A DNA stretch of 64,000 bases. Origin: Octopus sinensis (Eukaryota). Shown one piece after another: positions 25,125-37,077 of this stretch. The stretch lies in NCBI RefSeq assembly GCF_006345805.1, contig NC_043011.1, positions 33,802,464 to 33,866,463 on the forward strand, written 5' to 3'. Position numbers and translations under genes: made by a program. The notes under the pieces are model-generated. The model did not search any database and was not told the origin of the DNA. It saw nothing but the letters and a program-made list of their open reading frames with translations. The first letter of the stretch is position 1. Each line of letters starts with the position of its first letter.

Positions 25125-25440
25125 CCATTCTATTACAACTACCACCTCCACCACTACTACTACTACTACAACCACCTCCGCCACTGCTGCTACTACAACT
25201 ACCACCTCCACCTCCACTACTACTACAATTACCACCTCCACCACTGCTACTACTACAACTACCACCTCCACCACTACTACTACTACTACAACCACCTCCG
25301 CCACTGCTGCTACTACAACTACCACCTCCACCACCACTACTACTACAATTACCACCTCCACCACTGCTACTACTACAACTACCACCTCCACCACTACTAC
25401 TACAACAACTACCACCCCACCGCTACTACTACAACAACTA
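25125..25440. repeat. 30-bp (CAC/TAC) monomer with a 120-bp higher-order period
   Basis: 25141-25200 is identical to 25261-25320, and 25201-25260 is nearly identical to 25321-25380. Confidence 0.9.
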
Positions 25441-25895
25441 CCACCCCACCGCTACTACGACTACCACCTCAACCACTACTACTACTACCACCACCACCAC
25501 TACTGTCATTATCTTCATCAACTCAATTAAAGAATTCTACCACCAACACAAATCTCATAACCAGAATTAAAAGAGAGAACTTCAATGTGGTCATTCAACC
25601 TGCCAGAAACAACAGCTAAATCGTTCTCATATCATATCCTACCATTTTAAATAAGGAATAACACAATGATCAGTGAAAAACATGATCCTGGACATACAAA
25701 ACAAAAAAAAAGCAAACAAAAATGCTGGATGGTCACATCTGGAATGTTTTCGACCATAGTCCTGCTCAATGTAAGCTGACATGGAAGTTGAACTACAACA
25801 TCGTCATCCATACAATCACCACTATTAACATGGGTGCCTCTACATGGCCAACTGACTGTCTAGAAATAGCAGGTTAATTACTCCCAAATGACATA

Positions 25896-26405
25896 CCGTA
25901 AATCCTCGAGCATAATCCGCATGTTTTTCCCAAAATTTAAGGTCAAAATCCCTGGTGCGTACTATATACGAGGTTAAAATTGAAAATTATTTTCTAAGCA
26001 ATGTCCGAGTCTCTATTTGCTGTCCGGCAATGTTTATTCAGACGCATTTTGTGATATCGGGCACGAAAATACCTTAAGCTAAGCCTGAAAGCAATGAAGT
26101 CATAAAAGAATCATCCATAACTTGCAGTAAGCAACATTTATTAAACGTTATTACTGTTATTTCTTCATTTTCTGCAAACAAAATGCACAAAAAAGCTACA
26201 CGTTTGCATTATGTTGTATATACAATAATAATAAAGGATGCTACCATATACAATTTTACAAACCAAGGACGTTATATAGACCTCCTTGACTCAAGTTAGA
26301 GAAGGGGTGCGTATTATACACAAGGTTTAGGTTTTTCAGAGGTACAGCCCATAAAAATCCCCTGCGTATTATACTCAAGGGCGGACTATACACGAGTACT
26401 TACGG
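25896..26405. mobile_element. pogo/Tigger-like Tc1-mariner MITE
   Basis: TA|CCGTAAATCCTCGAGCATAATCCGC ... GCGGACTATACACGAGTACTTTACGG|TA; imperfect TIRs of about 26 bp and a TA duplication. Confidence 0.8.
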
Positions 26406-26569
26406 TACTTCTGTCTTGGAAGTAAATTGAACATGGCCAAGTGGTTAAGAAGCTTGCTTTGCAGCCATGAGGTTTTTGTTTCAGTCCCATGGGCAAGTGT
26501 AAGGCTGACCAACACCTTGTGAACGAACTTGGGGCTTGCAAACACTAGCAGCAGGAATGATTTTGAAAA

Positions 26570-27564
26570 CTGGATAATCCTATTAAACAGGGAATAAAAA
26601 AATTCTGTAAAGTGGTTGGCATTAGGAAGAGCATCCAACTGTAAAAACCATGCCAAAATGGACAACTGGAACAAGGGCAACCTAAGCCAGCACGGAAAAT
26701 GGATGTATGATGATGATAGGTCCCACGGAGACGGTGTTTGGGGACTCTATCCCATGACCCTTTCAGGTATAGTAAACGGAAAAAATGGATGGATGGGCTG
26801 GTGTATACAAAACTAGTAGTACCTAACTTTGCCAGTGAAGGCACTTGGCCTGGAGGTCAAAGAGATATGCTCACAATCATAAAGACACAGGATCAATTCC
26901 TGGATAATCCTATTAAACAGGGAATAAAAAAATTCTGTAAAGTGGTTGGCATTAGGAAGAGCATCCAACTGTAAAAACCATGCCAAAATGGACAACTGGA
27001 ACAAGGGCAACCTAAGCCAGCACGGAAAATGGATGTATGATGATGATAGGTCCCACGGAGACGGTGTTTGGGGACTCTATCCCATGACCCTTTCAGGTAT
27101 AGTAAACGGAAAAAATGGATGGATGGGCTGGTGTATACAAAACTAGTAGTACCTAACTTTGCCAGTGAAGGCACTTGGCCTGGAGGTCAAAGAGATATGC
27201 TCACAATCATAAAGACACGGGATCAATTCCTGGATAATCCTATTAAACAGGGAATAAGAAAATTCTGTAAAGTGGTTGGCATTAGGAAGAGCATCCAACT
27301 GTAAAAACCATGCCAAAATGGACAACTGGAACAAGGGCAACCTAAGCCAGCACGGAAAATGGATGTATGATGATGATAGGTCCCACGGAGACGGTGTTTG
27401 GGGACTCTATCCCATGACCCTTTCAGGTATAGTAAACGGAAAAAATGGATGGATGGGCTGGTGTATACAAAACTAGTAGTACCTAACTTTGCCAGTGAAG
27501 GCACTTGGCCTGGAGGTCAAAGAGATATGCTCACAATCACAAAGACACGGGATCAATTCCTGGA
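26570..27564. repeat. Near-identical 330-bp tandem triplication
   Basis: CTGGATAATCC starts at 26570, 26900 and 27230, and CTGGA at 27560; only a few substitutions separate the copies. Confidence 0.95.
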
Positions 27565-28032
27565 CAGGGCAGCATATTGCATCCTTGAGCAAGGTGTTTC
27601 GTTTCAATTTGCTCCAGTCTGCTCGACTGAAAATGAGTACCAGCTGAATTACAACCCTCTTCCTCATCCTCTCCCTTCCTGTGCACAATCACACACACGC
27701 ACTTGTCAGATCCTGAATGTTCCGGTAGGTTAAGGGTAGGAAGGTTGAGAGGAAAGGAATCTACATCTGCTCACAGCTACTTAGACACCTACAACAACAA
27801 TTACTGAAAGCATGGTACATGCTACCAATTTATACTCACTAGCAAATGACAGCAGTAGCAACTTAGTTTACTCAGCCTTGCCTGAGTTTATTAACACCTA
27901 AAATAGATACAATCACATGAATTCACAATGTTGATTAACTCAGAATTGTTGCAACCTAAGGAATTCCAAAGATAGCTCAAATGATGCTTCATAAGAAAAT
28001 ACAAACAAACATAGAACCTAAAAATCACAAAA

Positions 28033-28229
28033 GAGGGGATGCTGAAAAGTTCCCGGCTTTAAGGGTATCATGAAAAGCTTGGTTGGAGACCCAACTTTCC
28101 AAGTTCTTTTACAAGGATAGAAAAGCAGGACTACTGCTATAGAGGGGGAATATGTTGAATAAAATCATAATTAACTGATCCTCCTGTATTTTCTTTTACC
28201 CAAAGCTAGGAACCTTTCAGTAGTGCCTC
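28033..28229 (+). mobile_element. Mariner-derived MITE, copy 1
   Basis: Ends GAGGGGATGCTGAAAAGTTCC ... GGAACCTTTCAGTAGTGCCTC; retains gggggaatatgttgaataa (G.YVE*, a mariner transposase C-terminus). Confidence 0.65.
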
Positions 28230-29049
28230 ATAATCTAGGGCTTTCTCCTTCAAAAGATTTGCCTCTGTGCAAAATTCCAACTACATATGTGCAAAACTGT
28301 GGCCTAAAGCTAGGAACATGTATACACATGCAGGTACATATGTATACATATATACCTACATATATACATACATAATGACTGGAACTCAATTTCAAGTAAT
28401 GCCTTTGCTTGATTGTTTATTTAAACCTTTAGCATTCAGATTATTTTACCAAATGAAATGCCTATTTATTCCCAGTGTTTTGAATTAATGAAGGTGCCAC
28501 ATAAAAAGTACTGGTGTGGGTGCTGATGTCACATAAAAATCACTGGTGTTGGTGTCATGTAAAAAGCACTTAGTACATTCAGTGGAATGGTTAGCATTAG
28601 GAAGGGCATCCAGCCATAGGAACCAAACCAAACCAAAACAGACTATGGAACCTGGTGTGGCTCCTGGCTTTGCCAATTCCTTTCAAGCCATCCAAACTAT
28701 GCCAGCATTGAAAACGGACACTGAATGTCGATGATGTGGATGATATCAATATGTTATCTATTAGCTTCAAAATTTAGATGATTGATTATATATTTCTTAG
28801 AATGACATTGTAGAGTAGGTGTGAGTAACCAAATCTGGCCAGTTTGGACATAAAACAGGGAAAATATTTGGGCTGGATATGGTTGGTTTAAATGTAAAAG
28901 GGTTACTTATGAGCATCATGGGTGTAGCTTTTTAGCCCTGCTAGAAATTTACATTCTAGAAATTACACTATAGATGTAGCAATGATGAGCACCTCCTGCA
29001 AGTAGGTGTTACAGAATTGTTGATGAGAATCTTAATATAACATTTCAGT

Positions 29050-29310
29050 CTACCTCCTGATATACATTCTTTCCCATATTCTCAGCAATTAGAGATGCTG
29101 TATAATGCATAGTTAACAATTTTCCTCTCTCTGTGGCTTCTCTGATGACTCCTAAGGCCTGCCTTACTTAGATATGCCTACACTTGATACATGTTAAATT
29201 AGGCTGTGCACCAACATAGTCAGGCAACTTCACATCAAGACTCTTATGAACATCTTTCTTGAGCTGTTCACACTTGATGCAATTTTATTCAAATTCTTTC
29301 ATATATAAAG
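29050..29310 (-). mobile_element. Decayed RTE LINE 3' end
   Basis: Frameshifted ...LTCIKCRHI / SKAGLRSHQRSH, the C-terminal C2H2-like motif of RTE ORFs. Confidence 0.5.
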
Positions 29311-30092
29311 GCACTTTTATATATTATTAAGATACTCTGTTGAAATGAATGGAAATAAGATACAAAATAAAAAGAATCAAAATACAAACAAGAAAAAGTT
29401 TGTAACATTTGAACCAACTTATATTTGCAGAATTAAGACCCTGAATCTGGCATAGAAAATAACTAGCTTCTAAAATAGCCATCTATGTACCATACTAAAT
29501 GTGAATGAACAATTGATAGGCTAGTTACTGTGGTCTTCATCCTGAGATAATATCTCTTATGGGGGTGTTGTGTTTAAAACAATAAATATCAGAAGGAGAT
29601 GAAAAATGATTACAGCAGTCAGCAGGAACACCAGATGCATTTCAGTCTTTTGGGGGTGAAATTATATGTGCCTGCAATCAGTTACATGCTTACATGAGAA
29701 TTAGATGGCTCTGATGTAGGAAACAGTGAATACAGCATTCACTGATGTTGGAAAATAGCTGCCAGGCTGAATAAAAACCTGGTATATGCAACTGAAGCAG
29801 AATTAAATTAAAAAAGCTGTCTATGTATCACATTTAAGTATGATACACAGATGGCTATATTAATTTAATACCTCCTCAGTTGCACATACTGGATTTTTAA
29901 AATGTTCAATTTCTGATGTTAAACCAGGTAGCACGCTAAGCCTGTCAGCCAAAAAAACGCTTTTAGGAAACAGGTGGAAATGCTTTATTTTGCATGGGGT
30001 AACATGCCCAACATACCATGAAAAAAGGTGTCCAAGAAACAGGTTGTGTAGAGTTCAAACAGGTGACACAAAGCAATGTCAAAATAATTTAC

Positions 30093-30211
30093 CTTATCCA
30101 CAATAGACATATCTTGCAAATATGATTCTTCTGTAGAAATAAGTTCTTGAATGGCTCTTTGGCGCAGCTTCTCTTGAAGTGAAGGAGGACCAGTAGAGAC
30201 AAATTCTTCAG
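30093..30211 (-). CDS. ITSN1: Intersectin-like gene, first DH (RhoGEF) domain exon
   Basis: Acceptor ttttttgcag (AG at 30212-30213) and donor GTAAAT (GT at 30091-30092); 119 nt, phase 1 to 0. Encodes xEEFVSTGPPSLQEKLRQRAIQELISTEESYLQDMSIVDK, matching DH helix 1 and, from recall, the intersectin segment [24 protein letters not shown]. Confidence 0.88.
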
Positions 30212-30364
30212 CTGCAAAAAAACAAAAAAAACATATATTTAATTAATGCAACAGATCTAACTACACACACATACATACATACATACATACATACATACAT
30301 ACATACATAAATACATACACACACACTTGTATGTGTGTGTGTATATATATATATATAAAAAGTT

Positions 30365-30640
30365 AGAAAAAAACCACCTTTCATCAATTCAAAATGAACA
30401 ATTAAATTACACCATCTAGAAAACTACATATAATAGAAATATTAAAATTAAAATAACAATAAAATACCAATAAAATTAAAATAAATTATACCAATTGTAT
30501 ATGTTTTTATTATTTTTTTTGCAATTTATTTAATCATTGGTATTTTATTGTTATTTTAATTTTAATATTTCTATCATATGTAATTTTCTTGATGGTGTAA
30601 TTTAATTGTTCATTTTGAATTGATAAGAGGTGGTTCTTTC

Positions 30641-30641
<1 letters not shown>
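30365..30641. repeat. AT-rich palindromic (fold-back) element
   Basis: Arms of about 110 bp (agaaaaaaaccacc...aataaaataccaat and attggtattttatt...ggtggttctttct), flanked by (TA)n; 150 bp upstream of the first DH exon. Confidence 0.8.
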
Positions 30642-30678
<37 letters not shown>

Positions 30679-31270
30679 TGTGTGAAATTTGATTTAGTAT
30701 TTCTAAATTGAATTTTTTCCCTGTGAGTTTGGATTAATATTCCCTCGATAATTATTATATATATATAGACACATATATATTATGATTAGGCATAGTGGTA
30801 ATAATAACCTATTGTTAGAACTCAATATATTTATGCCACGGGGTAAAGAGACTTAGAGTAAAGTGTATTTGGTGAGTATAGATTGTAACATCAATAAATG
30901 AATGCCAAATGAATAGGAACTATGTAATTACTTTCATGAGCTTACATAACCCAAAGAAAGTGATTTACATAACTCCTGTTCTTTTGTCTTTAATTCGCAC
31001 ACACACACACACACACATATTTAAGACACAATATAGGGATTCAAGTGATCCGGTAGTACTCATAAAAAAAAGTTCCTTAATGTGTCGTTCTACAACATAT
31101 ACAGAATATATGGTAATATACAAGAGAAAAAGATAAGGAGTGTATAAATATGATAATATACATTATTTGCATGTTTTTGAGCTACAAAACAATTTGTCAT
31201 GATATCAGGATTTTTCTTATTGTTAAGTGAAAGTTCATCAAAGTATTTCTTTGAAATTTATGACATATAT

Positions 31271-31545
31271 CATCATCATCGTTTAACGTCCACTTTCCAT
31301 GCTAGCATGGGTTGGACGATTTGACTGAGGACTGGCGAACCAGATGGCTGCACCAGGCTCCAATCTTGATCTGGCAGAGTTTCTACAGCTGGATGCCCTT
31401 CCTAACGCCAACATCTCCGAGAGTGTAGTGGGTGCTTTTACGTGCTACCGGCACGGGGGCCATTCAGGCAGTACTGGCAACGACCTTGCTCGAATCTTTT
31501 TACACATGCCATCGGCACAGGTGCCAATAAGGTGATGCTGATAAC
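31271..31545 (-). mobile_element. (GAT)n-tailed SINE-like family (representative copy)
   Basis: catcatcatcgtttaacgtccactttccatgctagcatgggttggacg...ctggatgcccttcctaacgccaac. Further copies at about 6356, 7455, 10263, 12700, 14330, 18850, 28485, 38620, 38770, 40270, 53500 and 55890, in both orientations. Confidence 0.85.
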
Positions 31546-31647
31546 AATCACGCTCAGATATATATATTTATACATACATATGTTATATATGTATGTATGT
31601 GTGAGTGTGTGCATATATGTGTGAATATATATATATATATATATATA

Positions 31648-31697
<50 letters not shown>

Positions 31698-32239
31698 GTA
31701 AATTACAGTCGCAATGCAACACTGATGTCTATAATGTTTTCTTAGCAGAGTGGACATGTAAACATTTGTTCAGCCAGCAAAAGATCTACTTTTAAGCCAA
31801 AATATCCTTTCCTTTAACCCTTTTGCTCCCTGTAAAGCACAGGTCATTGACAACTTTTCTCCACTGTCCTCAGCTCTGGACTGTTTTTCTGCTGATCAAA
31901 TGAGGAGTCAACCTTGCAACTTCTTTGGAGATTTCGCTGCACTACCTTAGGGATTCTTCTTTCAAGTCTTGTTGGTTTTAAATTGCCATCAATAGTTTTG
32001 AAACTTTGCATTTTACTAGTTAGGGTCCTACACAAACCCATTTTCACTTCTGGGAAGAGGTGGTCCATTTCAATGTGGCCTCTATCTTTTAACCTGTCCA
32101 ACGTGGAAAGCACCACTTGCCTATGGATTGAACTGACAACAGTAGAGAAACTCTTACAGTACTTAGCATCAATTTAAAGATTTCGGTTGCATTGACATAG
32201 ATATCAGCTCTAGTTCAAATCCAGACAACTTGCAACATA

Positions 32240-32430
32240 TGAATGGCTGAAAAGGTCTTGGGGTATTTCAAAAGGCCTGATTGGAGACCCAACCTTCTGA
32301 GTTCTTTTACAGGGCATAAAAATATTGACCACCGCAATAAGTGTGGGAATATGTTGAATAAAATCATAATCAATAGATCCTCCAAATTTTACTTTTACCC
32401 AAAACCAAGAACTTTGCATCACTCCCCTCG
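32240..32430 (+). mobile_element. Mariner-derived MITE, copy 2
   Basis: Homologous to 28033-28229; ends ...CACTCCCCTCG|TA in a (TA)n tract. Confidence 0.65.
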
Positions 32431-32477
<47 letters not shown>

Positions 32478-32861
32478 TATATATATAATATATATATATA
32501 TAAGTTGTGTGTAATTTGTTTCATATATATATTTATATTTTTATGATTGTACTTTATAATCTCTGACAAGGCCTAGGGATATATATAAGTACCTCATTTT
32601 CAACTGCCTACCACCTCAATACACTTGACTAATATAGGCACAATGAGTTACTATTATCCATAGGCTGAAACAGCTGTAAGTGATTTTAATAATTCATATT
32701 CATGTTTTTTTAATAAATAACTACTTGTATTCTTATCTTATATGCATTGAATAATATACTATATGTATGTATGGTTGTTGTTTTGATAAATAAATAAGTC
32801 AACATTTTAATATCCTAAAGTTGATGAACCAACTAATGTGCTTCTCCATTTTCTTATTTGC

Positions 32862-32900
<39 letters not shown>

Positions 32901-33149
32901 TGGAATACAGATGGACAAGTGATGTGGTAGATAAGAGGGTTAATGGCTTGGTAGACAGACGGGATAGTGACTCTGCAGACAGGTGGTCAAGTGGTTTACA
33001 AGTTAATAAGTTGCTTGGCTGATGGCTGATCTAATGATTTCATAGTTTATGGAGTAGTAATTCAGATGACAGATAAATAAGTGATTTGGTAGGACAGTTG
33101 CACTAATGTTTGGTAGACAAGTAAGTTATTAAGTAAACAAATGAACCAG

Positions 33150-33460
33150 AAGCCATGTGGCTTAGTGGTTAGAGTGTTCATCTCACAATCATAAGGTCAT
33201 GGGTTCACTTCCTGCCAGTGCACTGTGTCCTTGAGCAAGACACTTTATTTCATGTCACTCCAGTTCACTCAGCTGGCAAAAAGGCGTAGCACCTGCAATT
33301 CAAAGGGCCAGGCTTTTCACATTCTGTGTCATATTGAACTTCTTTGCAAACTATTTTAAGGGTATGCATGTCTGTGGAGTATGCAGCTACTAGTATGTTA
33401 ATTTCACAAGCAGGTTGTTCGGCTGATTGAATGAAATGGAACTATCATCGACACAGCTGA
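33150..33460 (+). mobile_element. tRNA-headed CORE-like SINE
   Basis: A-box-like gtggcttagtggttagag, B-box-like ggttcacttcc, then tgtgtccttgagcaagacacttta. Relatives at about 27500-27660, 52300-52520 and 53880-54200. Confidence 0.7.
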
Positions 33461-33941
33461 TGAAGAGCCAGGCCATTTCAACCAATAAATTAGGAAAACA
33501 GATGACAGACATTTGTGGTAGTGATAGTGGTGTTGTTGAGTGGTGGTGGGGGGTGGGGGGGTGGGGGGTGGGGGGTGGAAGATTCTTCATTGGCAGCTCA
33601 ATGTGTTTAAATCTATCAGTTTATCTAAGAAGTTGTCATTTCAATTAAGACTCAGTAACATTTTATCTGGGCATCTGTAGACTGGACACAGAACATAATG
33701 TGTGGTAGTAGCTCAAAATCTCAGCTCTTGGAATTATAGTGGATATATACAGAGTGTTAGCTGAATGGTATTGATTACAGATGATGGATAATAATTAAAG
33801 TGCTTTTAATAAATTAAGACTGTTTCAGTAAGGTTTCATTGATTCGACAATTGATTTCTGAAATTTTCTCAAAATATTAGGTGTGTTTGTATGTGTATGC
33901 ATGTACACACGCACACACACACACATATATTTATACATATA

Positions 33942-34160
33942 TGACGGGGTGCTGAGAACTTCTTGGCTTTAAGGGTATTGCAAAATCCCTGGTTGGAGGC
34001 CCAAACCTCTGAGTTCTTTCGCAGGGCTTAGAAAAACTGAAGAACTACTACTGCAATAAGAGTGTGAATCTGGGAGGAGAATATGCTGAATAAATTCATC
34101 GTTAACTGATTCCCCTGCATTTTCTTTTACCCAAAACCAGGAACTTTCAGCACACCCTCG
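33942..34160 (+). mobile_element. Mariner-derived MITE, copy 3
   Basis: ACGGGGTGCTGAGAACTTCTTGG ... CCAGGAACTTTCAGCACACCCTCG|TA; internal frame reads NKSVNLGGEYAE*. Confidence 0.7.
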
Positions 34161-34205
<45 letters not shown>

Positions 34206-34291
34206 GAAAAAATAACTTGATGTTGTGTCATCCTGCAGTACCTCTAGATATACATGTGTGTGTTTCTCTCTCTCTCTCTCTCTCAAGTTAC

Positions 34292-34340
34292 CCCAGGATG
34301 ATACAATATCAACATCTTTATTTTCACTGACAATTTTCAC
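34292..34340 (-). CDS. Tentative 49-nt exon upstream of the DH exons
   Basis: ttccag|GTG...TGGG|gtaact; encodes VKIVSENKDVDIVSSW with a phase-1 end compatible with exon 30211. Loose resemblance to the post-SH3E linker VKLTTDMDPSQQW. The polypyrimidine tract is weak. Confidence 0.25.
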
Positions 34341-35153
34341 CTGGAACTATACCATTAGGCTATTCTCTAATGAAAAATGAAGGAGACTCACAGAAGCTTT
34401 ACCATATGTTTACCACATGTTGAGCATTTGAGAATGAAAATAGTAATGAGAATTTTTACCATAATAGAAATATGTCATGATTTCTCTACAATCATTAAAT
34501 TTAATTTCAATCTTCTTTGTTTTTAAAAGCATTCTAATGGGTAAAGGAACTTTCAAATGGCTTTTGATGAATATTATCATCTTTTGTTACAAAATTCAAT
34601 TTAACTAACAAAATCTCATTAAACAACTTAATTAGTACCTTAACTATAAAAGGGTGGTGGTAGCCATGTGACTACTCTGGTTATATAGAAATTCACAATA
34701 CATTCCCTCACACAGCTATACTAACATAGTAAAACTGATAAGTGGTCATGGTTGTTGTTGCTGTTGTCGATGTTGTTCAGTTCTAGATTGTTGCAGATCA
34801 AGCAAACCTATGATCAAAGGTGATCCAATCATGAAACCATCCTCTCTTTTTTATAGATATCAAGGACAACATTGAACCCTTATAAAAAAAGTACATTCAT
34901 TTTGTAAGAGGGGCAAAGGTCATAACAATTATAATCTTGTTTTTAACATTTGACATGTTTTGCAAACAATTTGCACATCCAAGTGCTACCAGTCAAAAGC
35001 TCCACATACTGGAAGCCAGCAAGTGTATGGGGTCATCAGGAGAGAATGTTTGCCATTTCGGGGCCTACCTCTCAATGGCATCAATGTGCACTGGTCACCC
35101 CACTCACTGATATGAGGCCCCGCTTGCTAGATCAACTAGTTATCAAATAAAGC

Positions 35154-35385
35154 TCAATATTCTTCTAGCCATTGCTCATTGTCTCTTTTTAACCAAATCC
35201 AGTGGCTAGCCTCTTCCACTGTAGTTTGGATATCGGTCATGGTGGTATTGACTTTATAATAAGTTAGGCCTAATGATAACAACAGTTGCCTCACACTGTG
35301 TCCAATAAATCCTCTTCCTGATTGGAAAATGCTCTGCTTTCCAGCCTGCATCTTCACATTCCTCGAGGAGGTTTACATTTGGCAA
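35154..35385 (-). mobile_element. HERO/R4-type (restriction-like endonuclease) retrotransposon C-terminal fragment
   Basis: LLEECEDAGWKAEHFPI / GRGFIGHSVRQLLLSLGL...VEEASHWIWLKRDNEQW matches the RLE C-terminal pattern EC...GW....P.EVGCRGF.G.S...L..LG...AE.AS.WIWLKR, with a frameshifting deletion. Confidence 0.7.
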
Positions 35386-35790
35386 ATTGTAAAGTATTTC
35401 AAACAATTTCATAGTCCTTAACATTGTTATGTTTTAAAGACCATTCAGATAAGTATGCACCAAAATATCTTTCCAGATTCCTGAAAGAATGTAGATGTTG
35501 ACAGAATCATCCATCAAATACCAAGTTATCTGGTGTAAATAGGCTTGCATAATAAATTAGTGATTTAAAAAGTAATTAATTATTAATTCAAAAGATCATA
35601 ATTATTGATACTTTCTGCTTGTATAGGTGTGATTGTGTAGTAAGAAGTTTGCTTCCTAACCACATAGTTCTGAGTTCAGTCCTATTGTTTGGCACCTTGG
35701 GCAAGTGTCTGCTACTATGGCCTTAGGCCAACCAAAATCTTGTGAGTGGATTTGGTAGATAGTAACTGAAAGAAGCCTGTTGTATATATA

Positions 35791-36183
35791 TCTTTATATA
35801 TAAAAATGAGGTTGTGTGTCTGTCTCCTACGATTTAGATTCCTAACTACTCCCACATTTTGCAGTGCAGTTTAACCAAAACCGGGTATCTTATAGTCGCG
35901 ATTCATATCGAGCCCTTCTGGGTATTAGCGCGCGTCTACAATGAGTCTACGATTTAAAAAAAAATTTACCATCAATTTTTCCCATTTTTAATGCATTTTG
36001 GGCATATATAAGGGAAGTAACTCTCTAAAAATTTATTATTAAATCTCAGAACATAAAAAGCTACAGTAACACCCTCCCTTTGTGGTTAACCATATTGAGA
36101 TGGCTATTATACTTTACATCTCTAAAAATGCTTATATAGTTATTTCCCTTACAAACCCGAGCAACGCCGGGCGATACTGCTAG
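35791..36183 (+). mobile_element. Non-autonomous Helitron (393 bp)
   Basis: 5' A|TCTTTATATATAAAA; subterminal hairpin CCCG-agcaacgc-CGGG (36156-36171); 3' CTAG|T; no TSD; inserted in the (TA)n tail of a SINE. Confidence 0.85.
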
Positions 36184-36290
36184 TATATATATATATAAGG
36201 TACATATATATAGGGTGGCGAATATTCGTTATAAATATCACCACCAGTGGCCCAGCATGTATAAATAGTCAAATAGACAACATATTCATA

Positions 36291-36788
36291 TTTCAAAATA
36301 GAAAATTACCCTTTAACAGGTAATTTTTACATGCTAGAAATAGCAGCCAACATGGCCAAAAACCACAATTTAATAGTAAATTTCGAAGTAGATGAAAAAT
36401 GTACCTTATGAATATGTTCTTAGCATTCTCGAAGTTTCAGCTCGGCATTGTATCTATTGCTGATTGTAAATGCACCTGCGTGCAATATTTGAAAAATTAT
36501 AACATATAATGATGGGACACGTGTTATCTTGTTATAAGTTAGTTGTTTACTGACGAGAATTCGCCTGGTGGATAATATGGTCTTGCTAAATTATCTATTA
36601 AAGGATGGCAAGTAATATTATTTGCTAAAGAAATTCAAAACCATGGTATAACCGTTAAATAACAAGGTAAAGGTTTTTATTTTTCATCTACTTTGAAATT
36701 TGCTATTAAATTGTGGTTTTTGGCCGTGTTGACTGCTATTTCTAGCATGTAAAAATTACCTGTTAAAGGGTAATTTTCTATTTTGAAA
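36291..36788. mobile_element. MITE with 110-bp TIRs
   Basis: 36291-36400 against 36679-36788 shows 4 mismatches in 110 nt by manual comparison; TA flanks. Confidence 0.85.
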
Positions 36789-36848
36789 TATATATATATA
36801 TATATATATTGCAAATAAGAAAATAGAGGAGAACAATACGTGGTTCAT

Positions 36849-37077
36849 CAACTTTTGGACATTAAAAATGTTAACTTATTTATTTATTCAACTGATAATT
36901 ATAATAGCATACATACATATAGCATATTATTCTTTGCACCAATTTATATTCATGTTTTTTAATAATTACTGGTATCCTTATCTTATATGCAAAGAATAAT
37001 ATGCTATATGTATGTATGTTATTATAATTATCAGTTTAATAAATAAATAAGTTAACATGTTTAATGTCCTAAAGTTG
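36849..37077. repeat. Fold-back element
   Basis: caacttttggacattaaaaatgttaacttatttatttatt... pairs with ...aataaataaataagttaacatgtttaatgtcctaaagttg. A partial copy lies at about 32690-32850. Confidence 0.75.

Noticed and set aside
26570-27564. Regular repeats as a CRISPR-like or coding array (repeated 66-93 aa ORFs)
   Set aside because: The copies are contiguous with no unique spacers, and the ORFs are read through SINE sequence. The same applies to the minisatellites at 7.0, 20.4 and 43.6 kb.
29694-29791. AG/GT-bounded frame LHIPGFYSAWQLFSNISECC..., superficially DH-like
   Set aside because: The exon at 19592-19698 fits the intersectin DH domain far better in the same position; treated as a chance pseudo-exon.
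30990-31090. Strong acceptor followed by xRHIKELFFMSTTG
   Set aside because: No convincing donor; it runs into a (GT)n tract and the similarity to DH helix 1 is marginal.
33150-33230. tRNA-like sequence with A and B boxes
   Set aside because: No complete cloverleaf; it continues into a CORE-like SINE body and has many diverged relatives.
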